A stretch of DNA of 64,000 bases from an uncultured Clostridiaceae bacterium (GCA_964427595.1 CAYRUQ010000002.1:1149-65148), one strand, 5' to 3'. Shown: positions 54,363 through 63,822, counted from the first letter of the stretch. Made by a program: numbers and translations. Notes: generated from the letters alone by a model not told the origin.

Positions 54363-56675
54363 ATGAGCAAACAAACAAATGTAGTTGCGGCTAGAAAGCC
54401 GAAAAAACTAAAGCCACGATTTTGGAGTTTACTATTCGTAATCATCTTTGTCATTCTCTTGATCGTCGCTGTGGCAGGAGCTGTTGCTCTTTTCACCCCT
54501 CTCTATAATGTTATTATTGATGGCTTTGGTATCGACACCACTGCTGAAGTATCAACTTGGTCTAATTTCTTCCAAAACCTGTACACTTATGTGAAGGAAC
54601 ATGTTGCTTCCGGTTATGGACTATCATTACCCTTCTGGCTTACTGGTGAAGGTGCTCAAGGTGATGCAGGCACATCTTATATTTGGTCTCTTGCCTTTAT
54701 CCTTTACGCCTATTACCTAATTATTATCGCTGCCTTATTCTTTACTTCCTTACCTTTATTTGCTATGGGCCGCATCAAACTGAAGAAAAAGAGTTCAAAA
54801 GCTCGTCTCTATATCTTCGCTACTCTTAACTTCTTGATTATCGCTTTCGCTTCCTTCTGTCTTTTAGTCCAACCTTGGGCTGATGATTACTCTAATTACT
54901 TCGGATGGACTAAACAAATCTTCACCTATATTGAAGAAGCTCTCTTTGTCGAAGGTCAACCTCTCTCATTCTTAGCTAAGAACTCTTCCGAATCTGCTCC
55001 TTATGCTCATAGTTACTTTGCTTCCATTGTCTTTACATATCTTGCTGTGTGCGTCGTCTCTCTCATCCTTCAGATTCCTTCTCTCGCTGGCGGAAACAAA
55101 CCCAAAGCTAAAGAGAAGACTGTTCCTTATTATGAAAGAGAATATAGCGATATTCCCGATGAAGAAGAGACGATCCTCCCTCCTTCAACACAACCTGTCG
55201 CAGCTATTGCTAAAGAAGCTAAAGAAGAAAAAACTCCTACTGCTCCTGCCCAAATTTCAACACCTGTCGTCGTTGCTACTCCTGCTGAATTCAAAGCTGT
55301 AGAAGCTGAAATGGTTACTAAAGCCGAAGTAGCTCCTACCCCTGCTGCTCCTGCCACTGCACCTGTGGTTGAAACACCGAAAGAAGAAATCAGAGTTTCT
55401 ACTACTGAAATCAACATTCTCAATTCTCTTGAACCTTTCAAGCTCAATCCTGTTGAAACCTTACCTGGTTATTACAAAACTGATACCGATGCCATCCTCA
55501 ACGCTTTAGAGCCTAAGAACTTGAATCGTGTCGATCAGACTCCCGATGAAGAAGAAGTCGATCAAAGAATCAAGAAGATTCTTGAATCTCTCTCTGCTTC
55601 TCAAAAGAATGAAGTTGATATCTTACCTGGAATCGGTGAAACAGGTGAGACTCCTTGGGATACTAAGGTAGCCCCTCAAGAAACTAGAACTACTAGTGAA
55701 GTCGCTCCTACACCTAGAGAAACTCCTGTCCAACAAACTGTTGCTCAAGAAACCGCTGGTGATGAAGAAATCAAAGATATCACCATCGATGCTCAACCTG
55801 AAGCTACTAGTGAACCTGTTGTCGAAGAGATTGTCCATCAAGAACTTGGTGGTGATGATACTAGCAGAAACGCTATAACTACTAAGTACAACGATTTAGA
55901 TGAAGAAGACAAAGTCTCTAATGTCATCAAACAGGAAGAAGAGGAAGAAGCTTTAGGTGAATCTCGCTATGATGAGAGAGTCACTAAGACTGAGACTGAA
56001 CATGAAGAAGTCTATACAGCTGCTCCTACAACTGCCACTACTAGAACTGCTACTGAAGTAGAAGAGGAAGTCACTCCTAAAGCAGAAGAAACAACCACTG
56101 CTAAAGAAGAGACGGTTGAAGAAGTTGTCGAAGCTCCCGCTGTTACTGAAGCCCCTCTTGATGAAGATGAAACTCCTGTTGTCGATGAAGAAGCACTCGC
56201 TAGAAAACGTATCACCCCTGTCGCTCCGTTAGCTAGACAAGAAGAAACTGTCGAAGTCAAAGAAGAGAAACAATTGACTGCTGTCTCCGGTCCTCTCCAC
56301 AACATCAGAAGCGCTAGAAAAGACATCAAACCTGTCGAAGCTAGAAAAGTCAAATTCGATCTCCAACAATATCGTATCAAGACCTATGAAGGTGATCTCA
56401 GTGCTGAAGAAGCCTTCACTAAAGGTGTCACTAAAGTTCAACCTGTCGTCAATCCTGTCTTCATCAACCAGAATCAAAAATCCGACTTCTTACAACAGAA
56501 ACGTGAAGAAGAAGTCAGAAAATCTGGCTACACCAATGTCACTACTGCTAAAATCGTCAAACCTACACATGCTATCTCTAGCGCAAACAAACCTCTCAAG
56601 AAAGCCACCTCTATCCGTGAACTCGTCAAGCAGAAGAAAGAAGACGATTCTACTGACGATAATAAAGCCGAATAA
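54363..56675 (+). CDS. Large membrane protein: 4-TM N-terminal domain plus ~500-aa acidic Pro/Thr/Ala/Glu-rich low-complexity C-terminal region
   Basis: Start at the ATG at 54363 (MSKQTNVV) after GGAGG. TM helices lie within residues ~20-260. The C-terminus has a triple motif ILNSLEPFKLNPVETLPG / ILNALEPKNLNRVDQTPDEE / ILESLSASQKNEVDILPG and repeated VAPTP/TPVV stretches. It ends at the terminator. Confidence 0.6.
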   Translation: MSKQTNVVAARKPKKLKPRFWSLLFVIIFVILLIVAVAGAVALFTPLYNVIIDGFGIDTTAEVSTWSNFFQNLYTYVKEHVASGYGLSLPFWLTGEGAQGDAGTSYIWSLAFILYAYYLIIIAALFFTSLPLFAMGRIKLKKKSSKARLYIFATLNFLIIAFASFCLLVQPWADDYSNYFGWTKQIFTYIEEALFVEGQPLSFLAKNSSESAPYAHSYFASIVFTYLAVCVVSLILQIPSLAGGNKPKAKEKTVPYYEREYSDIPDEEETILPPSTQPVAAIAKEAKEEKTPTAPAQISTPVVVATPAEFKAVEAEMVTKAEVAPTPAAPATAPVVETPKEEIRVSTTEINILNSLEPFKLNPVETLPGYYKTDTDAILNALEPKNLNRVDQTPDEEEVDQRIKKILESLSASQKNEVDILPGIGETGETPWDTKVAPQETRTTSEVAPTPRETPVQQTVAQETAGDEEIKDITIDAQPEATSEPVVEEIVHQELGGDDTSRNAITTKYNDLDEEDKVSNVIKQEEEEEALGESRYDERVTKTETEHEEVYTAAPTTATTRTATEVEEEVTPKAEETTTAKEETVEEVVEAPAVTEAPLDEDETPVVDEEALARKRITPVAPLARQEETVEVKEEKQLTAVSGPLHNIRSARKDIKPVEARKVKFDLQQYRIKTYEGDLSAEEAFTKGVTKVQPVVNPVFINQNQKSDFLQQKREEEVRKSGYTNVTTAKIVKPTHAISSANKPLKKATSIRELVKQKKEDDSTDDNKAE

Positions 56676-56687
56676 TATGATTCAATC

Positions 56688-56717
56688 GAGGGAGCTAACT
56701 GCTCCCTCTTTTTTATT
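56688..56717 (+). terminator. Rho-independent terminator
   Basis: GAGGGAGC-taac-t-GCTCCCTC followed by TTTTTTATT. Confidence 0.65.
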
Positions 56718-56747
56718 ATTTAAAGGAAAAGAACTGTTTAATTTTCA

Positions 56748-56776
56748 TTGAATTAAATATGTCAAAATGCTAAAAT
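56748..56776 (+). promoter_or_regulatory. Sigma-A promoter for tRNA-Pro
   Basis: TTGAAT (56748-56753), 17-nt spacer, TAAAAT (56771-56776); the tRNA starts 13 nt downstream. Confidence 0.5.
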
Positions 56777-56788
56777 TCTCTTTGTTCT

Positions 56789-56862
56789 TGAGGCGTGGTG
56801 CAGCTTGGTAGCACGCTTGGTTCGGGTCCAAGAGGTCATGGGTTCAAATCCCATCGCTTCAA
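56789..56862 (+). tRNA. tRNA-Pro (anticodon CGG)
   Basis: Acceptor TGAGGCG/CGCTTCA, D-arm GTGC-AGCTTGGTA-GCAC, anticodon stem CTTGG/CCAAG with loop TTCGGGT (CGG), T-arm ATGGG-TTCAAAT-CCCAT, discriminator A. Confidence 0.8.
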
Positions 56863-56878
56863 TATTGAAAAGATTATT

Positions 56879-56902
56879 CGCCAGAAAACTGGCGATTTTT
56901 TA
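56879..56902 (+). terminator. Rho-independent terminator after tRNA-Pro
   Basis: CGCCAG-aaaa-CTGGCG followed by ATTTTTTATT. Confidence 0.65.
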
Positions 56903-56965
56903 TTGCTTTTAAATCTGTGTTAACCATTGTTAACCTTGTTTTCTTTTTATGCTATCATTTAGACC

Positions 56966-57769
56966 ATGAACTCAATCTTATATTCAATAATCATCCTAAT
57001 TATCCCATTTCTAGCTACTACTCTCGGTTCTTCAATCGTCGTATTCTTCAACAAAGAGAAGATGAATCCAGTGATAGAGAAAATCTGTAACGGCTTTGCC
57101 GCTGGCGTCATGCTTTCCGCATCTATTTTTGGACTTCTGATACCATCGATTGAAGATTATGAGATCTCTTATATGCCATCTATTCTAGTGGCATTAATCG
57201 CCTTCATCTTAGGAACATTGTTGATGCTTTTAATCGATCACATCGTTCCTCATTTTCATGTAGAAGGGAATTATGAAGAAGGTTTAAAAAGAACCAATAT
57301 CTCTAAGACAAAGAAAATGTTCTTAGCTGTTTTGATTCATAACATACCAGAAGGTTTATCTGTTGGCGTCGCCCTTGGAACTGCTCTAGCTCTTGTCGGT
57401 AGTGATTCTTTGACAGCTATCTTCTCTTCGGCTTTATCTTTATCCGTCGGTATCGCTATTCAAAACATACCTGAAGGAGCTGTCGTCTCTATTCCAGTTA
57501 AAGTTGAAACTAAGTCGAGAAGAAAAGGTTTTCTCTTTGGTGCACTCTCTGGAATAGTAGAACCTATCTTTGGTCTTTTCGGTCTCCTTTTATCTTTCTA
57601 TATTGAAGCTATCATACCTTGGGCTCTTGCTTTTGCAGCAGGTTCGATGATTTATGTGACAGTCGAGGATCTGATTCCTAATGCGATGGAAAATAACGAA
57701 CATCATTACGGAATTCTCTCTTTTATCGCTGGCTTCCTGCTCATGATGCTGTTAGATTATTTGCTTTAA
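56966..57769 (+). CDS. zupT: ZIP-family divalent metal transporter (ZupT-like)
   Basis: 8-TM protein with the HNIPEGLSVGVAL signature; no Shine-Dalgarno, and the putative -10 lies only ~10 nt upstream of the ATG. Confidence 0.85.
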   Translation: MNSILYSIIILIIPFLATTLGSSIVVFFNKEKMNPVIEKICNGFAAGVMLSASIFGLLIPSIEDYEISYMPSILVALIAFILGTLLMLLIDHIVPHFHVEGNYEEGLKRTNISKTKKMFLAVLIHNIPEGLSVGVALGTALALVGSDSLTAIFSSALSLSVGIAIQNIPEGAVVSIPVKVETKSRRKGFLFGALSGIVEPIFGLFGLLLSFYIEAIIPWALAFAAGSMIYVTVEDLIPNAMENNEHHYGILSFIAGFLLMMLLDYLL

Positions 57770-57823
57770 AAATCAGCTTTATTGTATAATTTCTTTGCGT
57801 GCTGTTAAGGAGAGCACACCTTC

Positions 57824-58966
57824 GTGGACATAGACTGTAGCCCGTTATTAAGTAATTCACAATCTGTTGACCCTCTGTCGTCTAACACTAACACAGTTTC
57901 TAACACCGTTTGGGGCATGCCCATCTGGTTATGTTGGGTCATCATCGCCGTGTTGTTGTTGATAAGTGCATTATACTCAGCTAGTGAGAATGCGTTTTCA
58001 AATTGCAATAAATACCATTTCAAAGCCCAAGCTGCTAAAGGTAGCGTAACGGCTAAGCTCATATTATTACTAATAAAAGAATTTGACTGTACTCTAGTCT
58101 CAATATTAATCGGTAATAACATCGTACAAACGCTGATGTCTTATTTGTCAGCGATGCTTTTCTATTACATTTGTGAAGCCTATGGATTAGGCGCAGGTGT
58201 CGAAGCTATCCTCTCGACTGTGGTTATGGCTTTTTTGGTTTATATCGTATCCGATACAGTTCCTAAGATCATATCCAAAGCGATGCCTAATAAGATGGCT
58301 ACCATCTTGTGCTATCCGGTTTTTATCTCTAGTTGTATCCTCTTTATTCCGATACCGATTTTCTATGGAATTCTCAAGCTTGTTCATAAGGTCTTTAAAG
58401 TTAAAGAATCAAACCTTCTTTCTAAAGAAGATATTCTCCACTCGGTTTCGATAGCTGTGACTGATGAAAGTGAAGAAGATGAAGAGGAAGAAGAGAAATT
58501 ATTTGATAGAGATGAGACAGAACTTCTTGATAAAGTCTTCACCTTTGATAAGAGAACAGTGAAAGACGTTTATCGTCCTTCAGAAGAAGTTTTCTCTATT
58601 TCAAGTGATGATTTAATTGCTAGCAAAGTCAATGATATCATCGTCCATACTAATTACTCTCGTATCCCAGTTTATGATGGTGAAAAAGACAATATCATCG
58701 GAATTCTCGTCACTAAGATCTATTTTGAAGAATATGCCAAGGATATCCATCTCTCCATTCCTTCCATCTTGGAAGAAGTCGTTTCTATTGATGCCTCACT
58801 TCCTTTAGATGACGCTTTCGACGCTTTAAATAGTGAAAAAGTCCATCTTGGCATCGTCAAAGAGAACGATAAATTTATCGGTATCATCTCAATGGAAGAT
58901 ATCTTAGAAGAGATCGTCGATGATATCGATGAAACCCCTGCTTTAGAGATAGGAGAAAACGTATGA
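57824..58966 (+). CDS. CNNM/DUF21-CBS pair membrane protein (CorC/HlyC-family, lacks the C-terminal CorC_HlyC domain)
   Basis: GTG start with AAGGAGAG Shine-Dalgarno 9 nt upstream; DUF21 4-TM domain, two CBS motifs, acidic EEDEEEEE stretch. Confidence 0.8.
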   Translation: MDIDCSPLLSNSQSVDPLSSNTNTVSNTVWGMPIWLCWVIIAVLLLISALYSASENAFSNCNKYHFKAQAAKGSVTAKLILLLIKEFDCTLVSILIGNNIVQTLMSYLSAMLFYYICEAYGLGAGVEAILSTVVMAFLVYIVSDTVPKIISKAMPNKMATILCYPVFISSCILFIPIPIFYGILKLVHKVFKVKESNLLSKEDILHSVSIAVTDESEEDEEEEEKLFDRDETELLDKVFTFDKRTVKDVYRPSEEVFSISSDDLIASKVNDIIVHTNYSRIPVYDGEKDNIIGILVTKIYFEEYAKDIHLSIPSILEEVVSIDASLPLDDAFDALNSEKVHLGIVKENDKFIGIISMEDILEEIVDDIDETPALEIGENV

Positions 58967-60333
58967 GTAAAAATGAGATTTTAGTCATCGTTTACTCCTG
59001 TGTCCTCGTCATCCTTTTATGTTTGAGCTTCTTCTTCTCTTCCTCTGATATGGCTTATGGCTCAGTCGATTCTTTCAGATATGAAAAAGCACTAAAAGAT
59101 GATCCTAATAACAAAAAATTACTGACCGCTCAGAAATTATCAGTTGATTATTCAAAGACGATTTCAACAATCCTCTTCTGTAACGACACTGTCAACGCCG
59201 GCCTTGACTCACTTTCAACTTTAGTCGGTGTCAACCTAGCGTATGTGGTGTTAACTGATTTAGATGCTGTCGCTTTAGCAGAGTCAGCTGAATTATGGGG
59301 ACTTGTCGCTTCTATCATCTGTCTTATCATCAAGATCACTTTCGGAGAGATCATCGCTAAATCAGTCGGTAAGATCTACAACTTCAAACTGACAGTTGTT
59401 TATTCAAGAATTTTAGACTTCTTAAAATATCTCTTCTACCCTATCACTTTCTTAGTTTCATCCTTTGGTGAAATAGTCGTTTCTCCTATCACTAAGAATG
59501 TCAAAGATGTCGTCATCATTGAAGATGATCTTCATGAGATGGTTGATGATATCGAAAATAACGGCCAGGTCGATGAAAAGAAAGCCAATCTCCTTCATGA
59601 GACGATCAGATACACGCATACTGAAGCTTATGAGGTCATGACTCCTCGTGTTGATTTAAATGCGATTGATATCGACGATGACATCAACGATATCATCAAT
59701 GATCCAGACATCTACACCAACTCTCGTATCCCAGTTTACAAAGAGACGATTGATAACATCATCGGTTATGTTAAAAGTAAAGAACTGATGGTCGCTAAGA
59801 TCACCGGGCAAGAGATCAAGTTAAAGGATATCCTTCTTGAACCTCTTCGCTTTCCTAGATCAACTGAGATCAATGAAATCTTAAAGACCTTCAAAACTAA
59901 GAAAGAACACTTCGCCATCGTCATGGATGAATATGGAGGCGTTGAAGGTGTCATCACGATGGAAGACATCTTAGAAGAAATCGTCGGTGAAATCTGGGAC
60001 GAAAACGATGATCCCGACGCCCGTTATTCAAAGAAGAAAGACGGCAGTTATATCATCGATGGTTCTCTCACTTTGGAAGACTTCTGTGATCTTTTCGAAC
60101 TCGATTATGATGAATTAGATACTGAATATGTCACTATCGGTGGTTATATCGTTGAACTTCTCGATGATAAATTCGCTAAAGTCAACGATGTCGTCACTTT
60201 AGAAAATCTTGAGATCAAAGTCATCGCCGTTGAAAAGACCGGTGTGGTTGAAAAACTTCTTGTCAAAAAGATTGAAGAGGATGAGGAAGATGATGAAAAG
60301 GAAGAAGAACCTAAACAAGAGGAAGATGATTGA
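58963..60333 (+). CDS. CNNM/CorC-family magnesium/cobalt efflux-like protein (DUF21, CBS pair, CorC_HlyC, acidic tail)
   Basis: AGGAGA Shine-Dalgarno; ATG overlaps the upstream stop (ATGA); complete TlyC/CorC architecture with C-terminal EEDEEDDEKEEEPKQEEDD. Confidence 0.85.
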   Translation: MSKNEILVIVYSCVLVILLCLSFFFSSSDMAYGSVDSFRYEKALKDDPNNKKLLTAQKLSVDYSKTISTILFCNDTVNAGLDSLSTLVGVNLAYVVLTDLDAVALAESAELWGLVASIICLIIKITFGEIIAKSVGKIYNFKLTVVYSRILDFLKYLFYPITFLVSSFGEIVVSPITKNVKDVVIIEDDLHEMVDDIENNGQVDEKKANLLHETIRYTHTEAYEVMTPRVDLNAIDIDDDINDIINDPDIYTNSRIPVYKETIDNIIGYVKSKELMVAKITGQEIKLKDILLEPLRFPRSTEINEILKTFKTKKEHFAIVMDEYGGVEGVITMEDILEEIVGEIWDENDDPDARYSKKKDGSYIIDGSLTLEDFCDLFELDYDELDTEYVTIGGYIVELLDDKFAKVNDVVTLENLEIKVIAVEKTGVVEKLLVKKIEEDEEDDEKEEEPKQEEDD

Positions 60334-60769
60334 TCTCTAAATCTAAAAGCCTTTCTTTTAACCCGTCCTTCTTTCCTAGGAAGTATCCTTGTCTATTATC
60401 TTGATAGATGACTCTATGACAAGGTATCAGGAAAGGAAGCGGGTTATTTTTTAATGCCTGTCCGATAGCTTGATAAGATTTAATTCCTAGTTTAATAGCG
60501 ATGTCTTTATAGGTCATAGTTTCTCCATAGGCAATAGTGCTGACTATACTTAAGACTTTCATTTGAAAAGAAGAACCATTGAGTTTGAACTGACTTTTAA
60601 AAGAAATCAGTCTTCCTTCTAGATAAAGGTTTAATTCCTTCTTAAGAAAAAAGAAGGTTTCTTCATCAAACTCTTCTTCTAAAAGAGTCGGTCTTATTAA
60701 GGTGATGAAAAAACCTTCTGTTTCAACTTTTAAATTTCCGATATGAGTCTTGATTATCCCTTCACTCAC
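60311..60769 (-). CDS. ogt: Methylated-DNA--protein-cysteine methyltransferase
   Basis: Active-site motif IPCHRVI. Confidence 0.85.
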   Translation of the reverse strand: MSEGIIKTHIGNLKVETEGFFITLIRPTLLEEEFDEETFFFLKKELNLYLEGRLISFKSQFKLNGSSFQMKVLSIVSTIAYGETMTYKDIAIKLGIKSYQAIGQALKNNPLPFLIPCHRVIYQDNRQGYFLGKKDGLKERLLDLEINHLPLV

Positions 60770-61589
60770 TCTTCTTATCCTTAGGAACGATAATCAGTTC
60801 GTCTTTAGACTGGTAAACTTTCGAGTGTTTAGGAATTGAATGAAGGATATGAGTATTAGCACCGATAGTGGTATTTTCTCCGATTATCGTATCTCCGCCA
60901 AGGATAGTCGCACAGGAATAAATCGTGCAGTTATCCTCGATAGTAGGATGTCTTTTCTCTCCTTTAAGACATCTTCCTCTACTTAAAGAGAGAGCTCCTA
61001 AAGTGACACCTTGATAAAGCTTGACATTCTTACCGATGACACAAGTCTCACCGATGACGATTCCAGTCCCATGATCGATGAAGAAATATTCACCGATAGT
61101 AGCTCCTGGATTGATATCAATACCTGTAGAACGATGAGCGTCTTCAGTCGCAAGTCTCGCTAAAAATTTTAAATCCATCTGATAGAGAAGATGACCGATT
61201 CTATAGTTAGAAATCGCAGAAAAACCTGGGTAACAGAGGATGATCTCTTGAATGGATTCAGAAGCAGGATCGCCTTCTAAGATAGCTTCAGCAGAACTGA
61301 GAAGTATCTCTCTAGTCTGAGGAAGAGAGGAGAGAAAATACTCTAGTTTCTCATCAGCATTTTCAACCTTAAAATCATTTAAAATCGTGCTTAATCTCTC
61401 TCTGACTTTTTCAGTTAATGAGACAACTGTCTCATAAGTGAAAACCGGAGATAAATAATCTAAAACAAGCAGTTTTTTAACATCGCTTAAAAAGGAATAA
61501 AAGAGAGCTTTATCAAAGCTGATCTTAGGATCACTAGCTCTATTCTCATAAGAGCTAAGTAAGTTTTTAATCAATTCTTTATCACTCAT
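60762..61589 (-). CDS. cysE: Serine O-acetyltransferase
   Basis: SATase N-terminal domain plus left-handed hexapeptide repeats (GIVIGETCVIGKNVKLYQGVTLG). Confidence 0.9.
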   Translation of the reverse strand: MSDKELIKNLLSSYENRASDPKISFDKALFYSFLSDVKKLLVLDYLSPVFTYETVVSLTEKVRERLSTILNDFKVENADEKLEYFLSSLPQTREILLSSAEAILEGDPASESIQEIILCYPGFSAISNYRIGHLLYQMDLKFLARLATEDAHRSTGIDINPGATIGEYFFIDHGTGIVIGETCVIGKNVKLYQGVTLGALSLSRGRCLKGEKRHPTIEDNCTIYSCATILGGDTIIGENTTIGANTHILHSIPKHSKVYQSKDELIIVPKDKKSE

Positions 61590-62505
61590 AAAGACCTTCC
61601 ACTGAAAGATATCTCTCCCCGTTATCGGGAAGGATAGTCACGATATTCAAACCGGGATATCTTCTGCTGATTTCAACAGCTCCAAAGAGATTGCAACCTG
61701 AGGAAATTCCGCAAAGTAAGCCTTCTTCTTTAGCTAATATCCTTGTAAATTCAAATGCATCTTCATTAGAAACAGTCAGTACTTCATCTACGACATCAAG
61801 ATCAAGAACCCCAGGTTTAAAACCGGCTCCAATGCCTTGAATCTTATGAGAGCCTGCCTTCTTTGAAGTGATAAAAGGAGAAGAGAGGGGTTCAAGACCG
61901 ATGACTTTGATATCCTTGTTCTTCTCTTTAAGATATCTTCCGACACCGCTTATTGTTCCACCGGTTCCAAAAGATGTGACAAAGATATCAATCTTACCTT
62001 CCAAAGCACTATAAATCTCAGGACCAGTAGTTAAGTAATGAGCTTTAGAATTACTTAAATTTTCAAACTGCTCAGGCATGAATGTCTTCTCATGAGAGTC
62101 AATAAATTCTTCAGCTGCTTTAACAGCTCCAGTCATACCTAAAGAAGCATCAGTCAAGATGACTTCAGCTCCATATGCTCTCATCATTCTGACTCTTTCA
62201 ATTGAAGCGCTAGCCGGCATGAAGATGACAAGAGAAAGTTTAAGATAAGCACAGATGCTAGCAAGTCCGATACCGGTGTTACCAGAAGTCGGTTCGACGA
62301 TGATTGTTTCTTTATCGATCTTGCCTTCCTTGATAGCATCTTCAATCATGAACTTAGAAGCTCTATCTTTGATTGAACCAGTTGGATTACATCTCTCAAG
62401 TTTAGCGTAAATCTCACCTGTTAAAGAAAACCTCTCTTTGATTTTAGATAATCGAACAAGAGGTGTATCTCCGATCAAATCCAACAAGTTTTCCTTGATA
62501 TTCAT
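61582..62505 (-). CDS. cysK: Cysteine synthase A (O-acetylserine sulfhydrylase)
   Basis: PLP-lysine motif NPTGSIKDR and TSGNTGIGLA glycine loop. Confidence 0.9.
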   Translation of the reverse strand: MNIKENLLDLIGDTPLVRLSKIKERFSLTGEIYAKLERCNPTGSIKDRASKFMIEDAIKEGKIDKETIIVEPTSGNTGIGLASICAYLKLSLVIFMPASASIERVRMMRAYGAEVILTDASLGMTGAVKAAEEFIDSHEKTFMPEQFENLSNSKAHYLTTGPEIYSALEGKIDIFVTSFGTGGTISGVGRYLKEKNKDIKVIGLEPLSSPFITSKKAGSHKIQGIGAGFKPGVLDLDVVDEVLTVSNEDAFEFTRILAKEEGLLCGISSGCNLFGAVEISRRYPGLNIVTILPDNGERYLSVEGLYE

Positions 62506-62533
62506 GTCTATCTCTCTTTCATGTACACACTAA

Positions 62534-62562
62534 ATTATAAAGTTTATATTAATTCTCTACAA
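62534..62562 (-). promoter_or_regulatory. Sigma-A promoter for cysK-cysE-ogt
   Basis: On the minus strand TTGTAG (62562-62557), 17-nt spacer, TATAAT (62539-62534); ~30-nt leader with AAAGAGAGA Shine-Dalgarno; no T-box or S-box sized leader. Confidence 0.45.
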
Positions 62563-62585
62563 CGAAAGTGAAATAGGATTTATTC

Positions 62586-62613
62586 TTGTTAAAAATTAAA
62601 AAATCGATATAAT
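62586..62613 (+). promoter_or_regulatory. Sigma-A promoter for tRNA-Leu(CAA)
   Basis: TTGTTA (62586-62591), 16-nt spacer, TATAAT (62608-62613); the tRNA starts 13 nt downstream. Confidence 0.5.
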
Positions 62614-62625
62614 ATCTCTTGCCTT

Positions 62626-62710
62626 GCCTTCGTGTTGAAATTGGTATACAAGGTGGACTCAAAATCCACTGGCCTGATAAGCCATGCCGGTTCAAGTCCG
62701 GCCGAAGGCA
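62626..62710 (+). tRNA. tRNA-Leu (anticodon CAA), class II
   Basis: Acceptor GCCTTCG/CGAAGGC, anticodon stem GTGGA/TCCAC with loop CTCAAAA (CAA), long variable arm TGGCCTGATAAGCCAT, T-arm GCCGG-TTCAAGT-CCGGC, discriminator A. Confidence 0.85.
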
Positions 62711-62727
62711 TTTGATAGAAACTGATA

Positions 62728-62755
62728 ACCCGCTTAGTCGGGTTTTTTCTTTTTA
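62728..62755 (+). terminator. Rho-independent terminator after tRNA-Leu(CAA)
   Basis: ACCCG-cttagt-CGGGT followed by TTTTTCTTTTTATT. Confidence 0.6.
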
Positions 62756-62797
62756 TTAGAAGTCTCTAATCTTATAAAATATTTGAGGAGAGAGTCT

Positions 62798-63322
62798 ATG
62801 CAAAAGATAAAGATAATCAAAGCTGATATCACTGATCTAGCTGTTGATTGCATTGTCAATGCTGCTAATAAGACTCTTTTAGGTGGCGGAGGAGTCGATG
62901 GCGCCATTCACAGGAAAGCTGGTCATAAACTTTATGAGGAATGTCTTACTTTAGGAGGCTGTGAAACCTCAGAAGCTAAGATCACCAAAGGTTATGACTT
63001 AAAAGCTAAATATGTGATTCATACTGTCGGCCCTATCTACTCTCAAAAGGATAAAGAGAAAAAAGCAATCGAATTAAGAAATTGTTATTTAAACTCTTTA
63101 AAACTAGCTTTAGACCACAAAAACATCAGGTCAATCGCTTTCCCAGCCATCTCAACTGGTGTCTATCACTATCCTTTAAAAGAGGCGACTAAGATAGCTA
63201 TCAAAGCTGTTGTTGATTTTCTTAAAGAGAATGAAACCTTTGATATCGAAGTCATCTTCTGTTGCTTTGATGAAAAGACATTTGATGTTTATATTGAAGA
63301 AGGAAAGAACTATTCTGTATAG
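62798..63322 (+). CDS. Macro-domain protein (O-acetyl-ADP-ribose deacetylase, YmdB-like)
   Basis: ATG at 62798 after GAGGAG; macro-domain motifs IVNAANKTLLGGGGVDGAIHRKAG and IAFPAISTGVY. Confidence 0.85.
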   Translation: MQKIKIIKADITDLAVDCIVNAANKTLLGGGGVDGAIHRKAGHKLYEECLTLGGCETSEAKITKGYDLKAKYVIHTVGPIYSQKDKEKKAIELRNCYLNSLKLALDHKNIRSIAFPAISTGVYHYPLKEATKIAIKAVVDFLKENETFDIEVIFCCFDEKTFDVYIEEGKNYSV

Positions 63323-63345
63323 TTCTTCAAGACGAAGAGGTGTTT

Positions 63346-63819
63346 ATGAAGGTTCAAAAGAAGAGAATAGCTAGAATCAACTGCACTTATCACACTATTA
63401 AAAAAGCTCTCACTTGTCATTTCTTCATCGATTTAGAAGAGATGCCAGCTTTAGCGAGTGTCTGTTATGATTTCATCTCCTTGGATTTCAAAAAAGTGAC
63501 TATTCCGATTTTAAAGGACAAACACTCTTCTTTATCTCATGTGTGGACTTATTATGCCGATAGTGAAACTTTAAAGGCTTATATCAATGAGAAAGAAGAT
63601 CTTATTTATGAAGTGAGAAAAGCTAGTGAAACTACTTCTGATGAGGAGTTTATAAATATCGCTTTCTATTATGAAAATGGTGAATATTTCTCAAAGAAAG
63701 TGAGTCTTAGTACATTTCAAAGTCTTGAGGTATTAAATCAAACACTTTCTTCTTTAGTTCCTGAAGAAGAAAGTCTTCCTGAGTGGTTTAGAATAGAAAA
63801 CAAAGATAAAAAGAGGTGA
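63346..63819 (+). CDS. Hypothetical protein (158 aa)
   Basis: ATG at 63346 with AAGAGGTG Shine-Dalgarno; no recognisable motif; Cys-containing N-terminus (CTYH...CHFF). Confidence 0.45.
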   Translation: MKVQKKRIARINCTYHTIKKALTCHFFIDLEEMPALASVCYDFISLDFKKVTIPILKDKHSSLSHVWTYYADSETLKAYINEKEDLIYEVRKASETTSDEEFINIAFYYENGEYFSKKVSLSTFQSLEVLNQTLSSLVPEEESLPEWFRIENKDKKR

Positions 63820-63822
63820 AAA

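Noticed and set aside
57770-57823. M-box (Mg) or other riboswitch in front of the CNNM/CorC genes
   Set aside because: The leader is about 40 nt after a TATAAT-like -10 and contains only a 5-bp hairpin around the Shine-Dalgarno. There is no M-box or yybP-ykoY consensus, and the region is too short for an aptamer.
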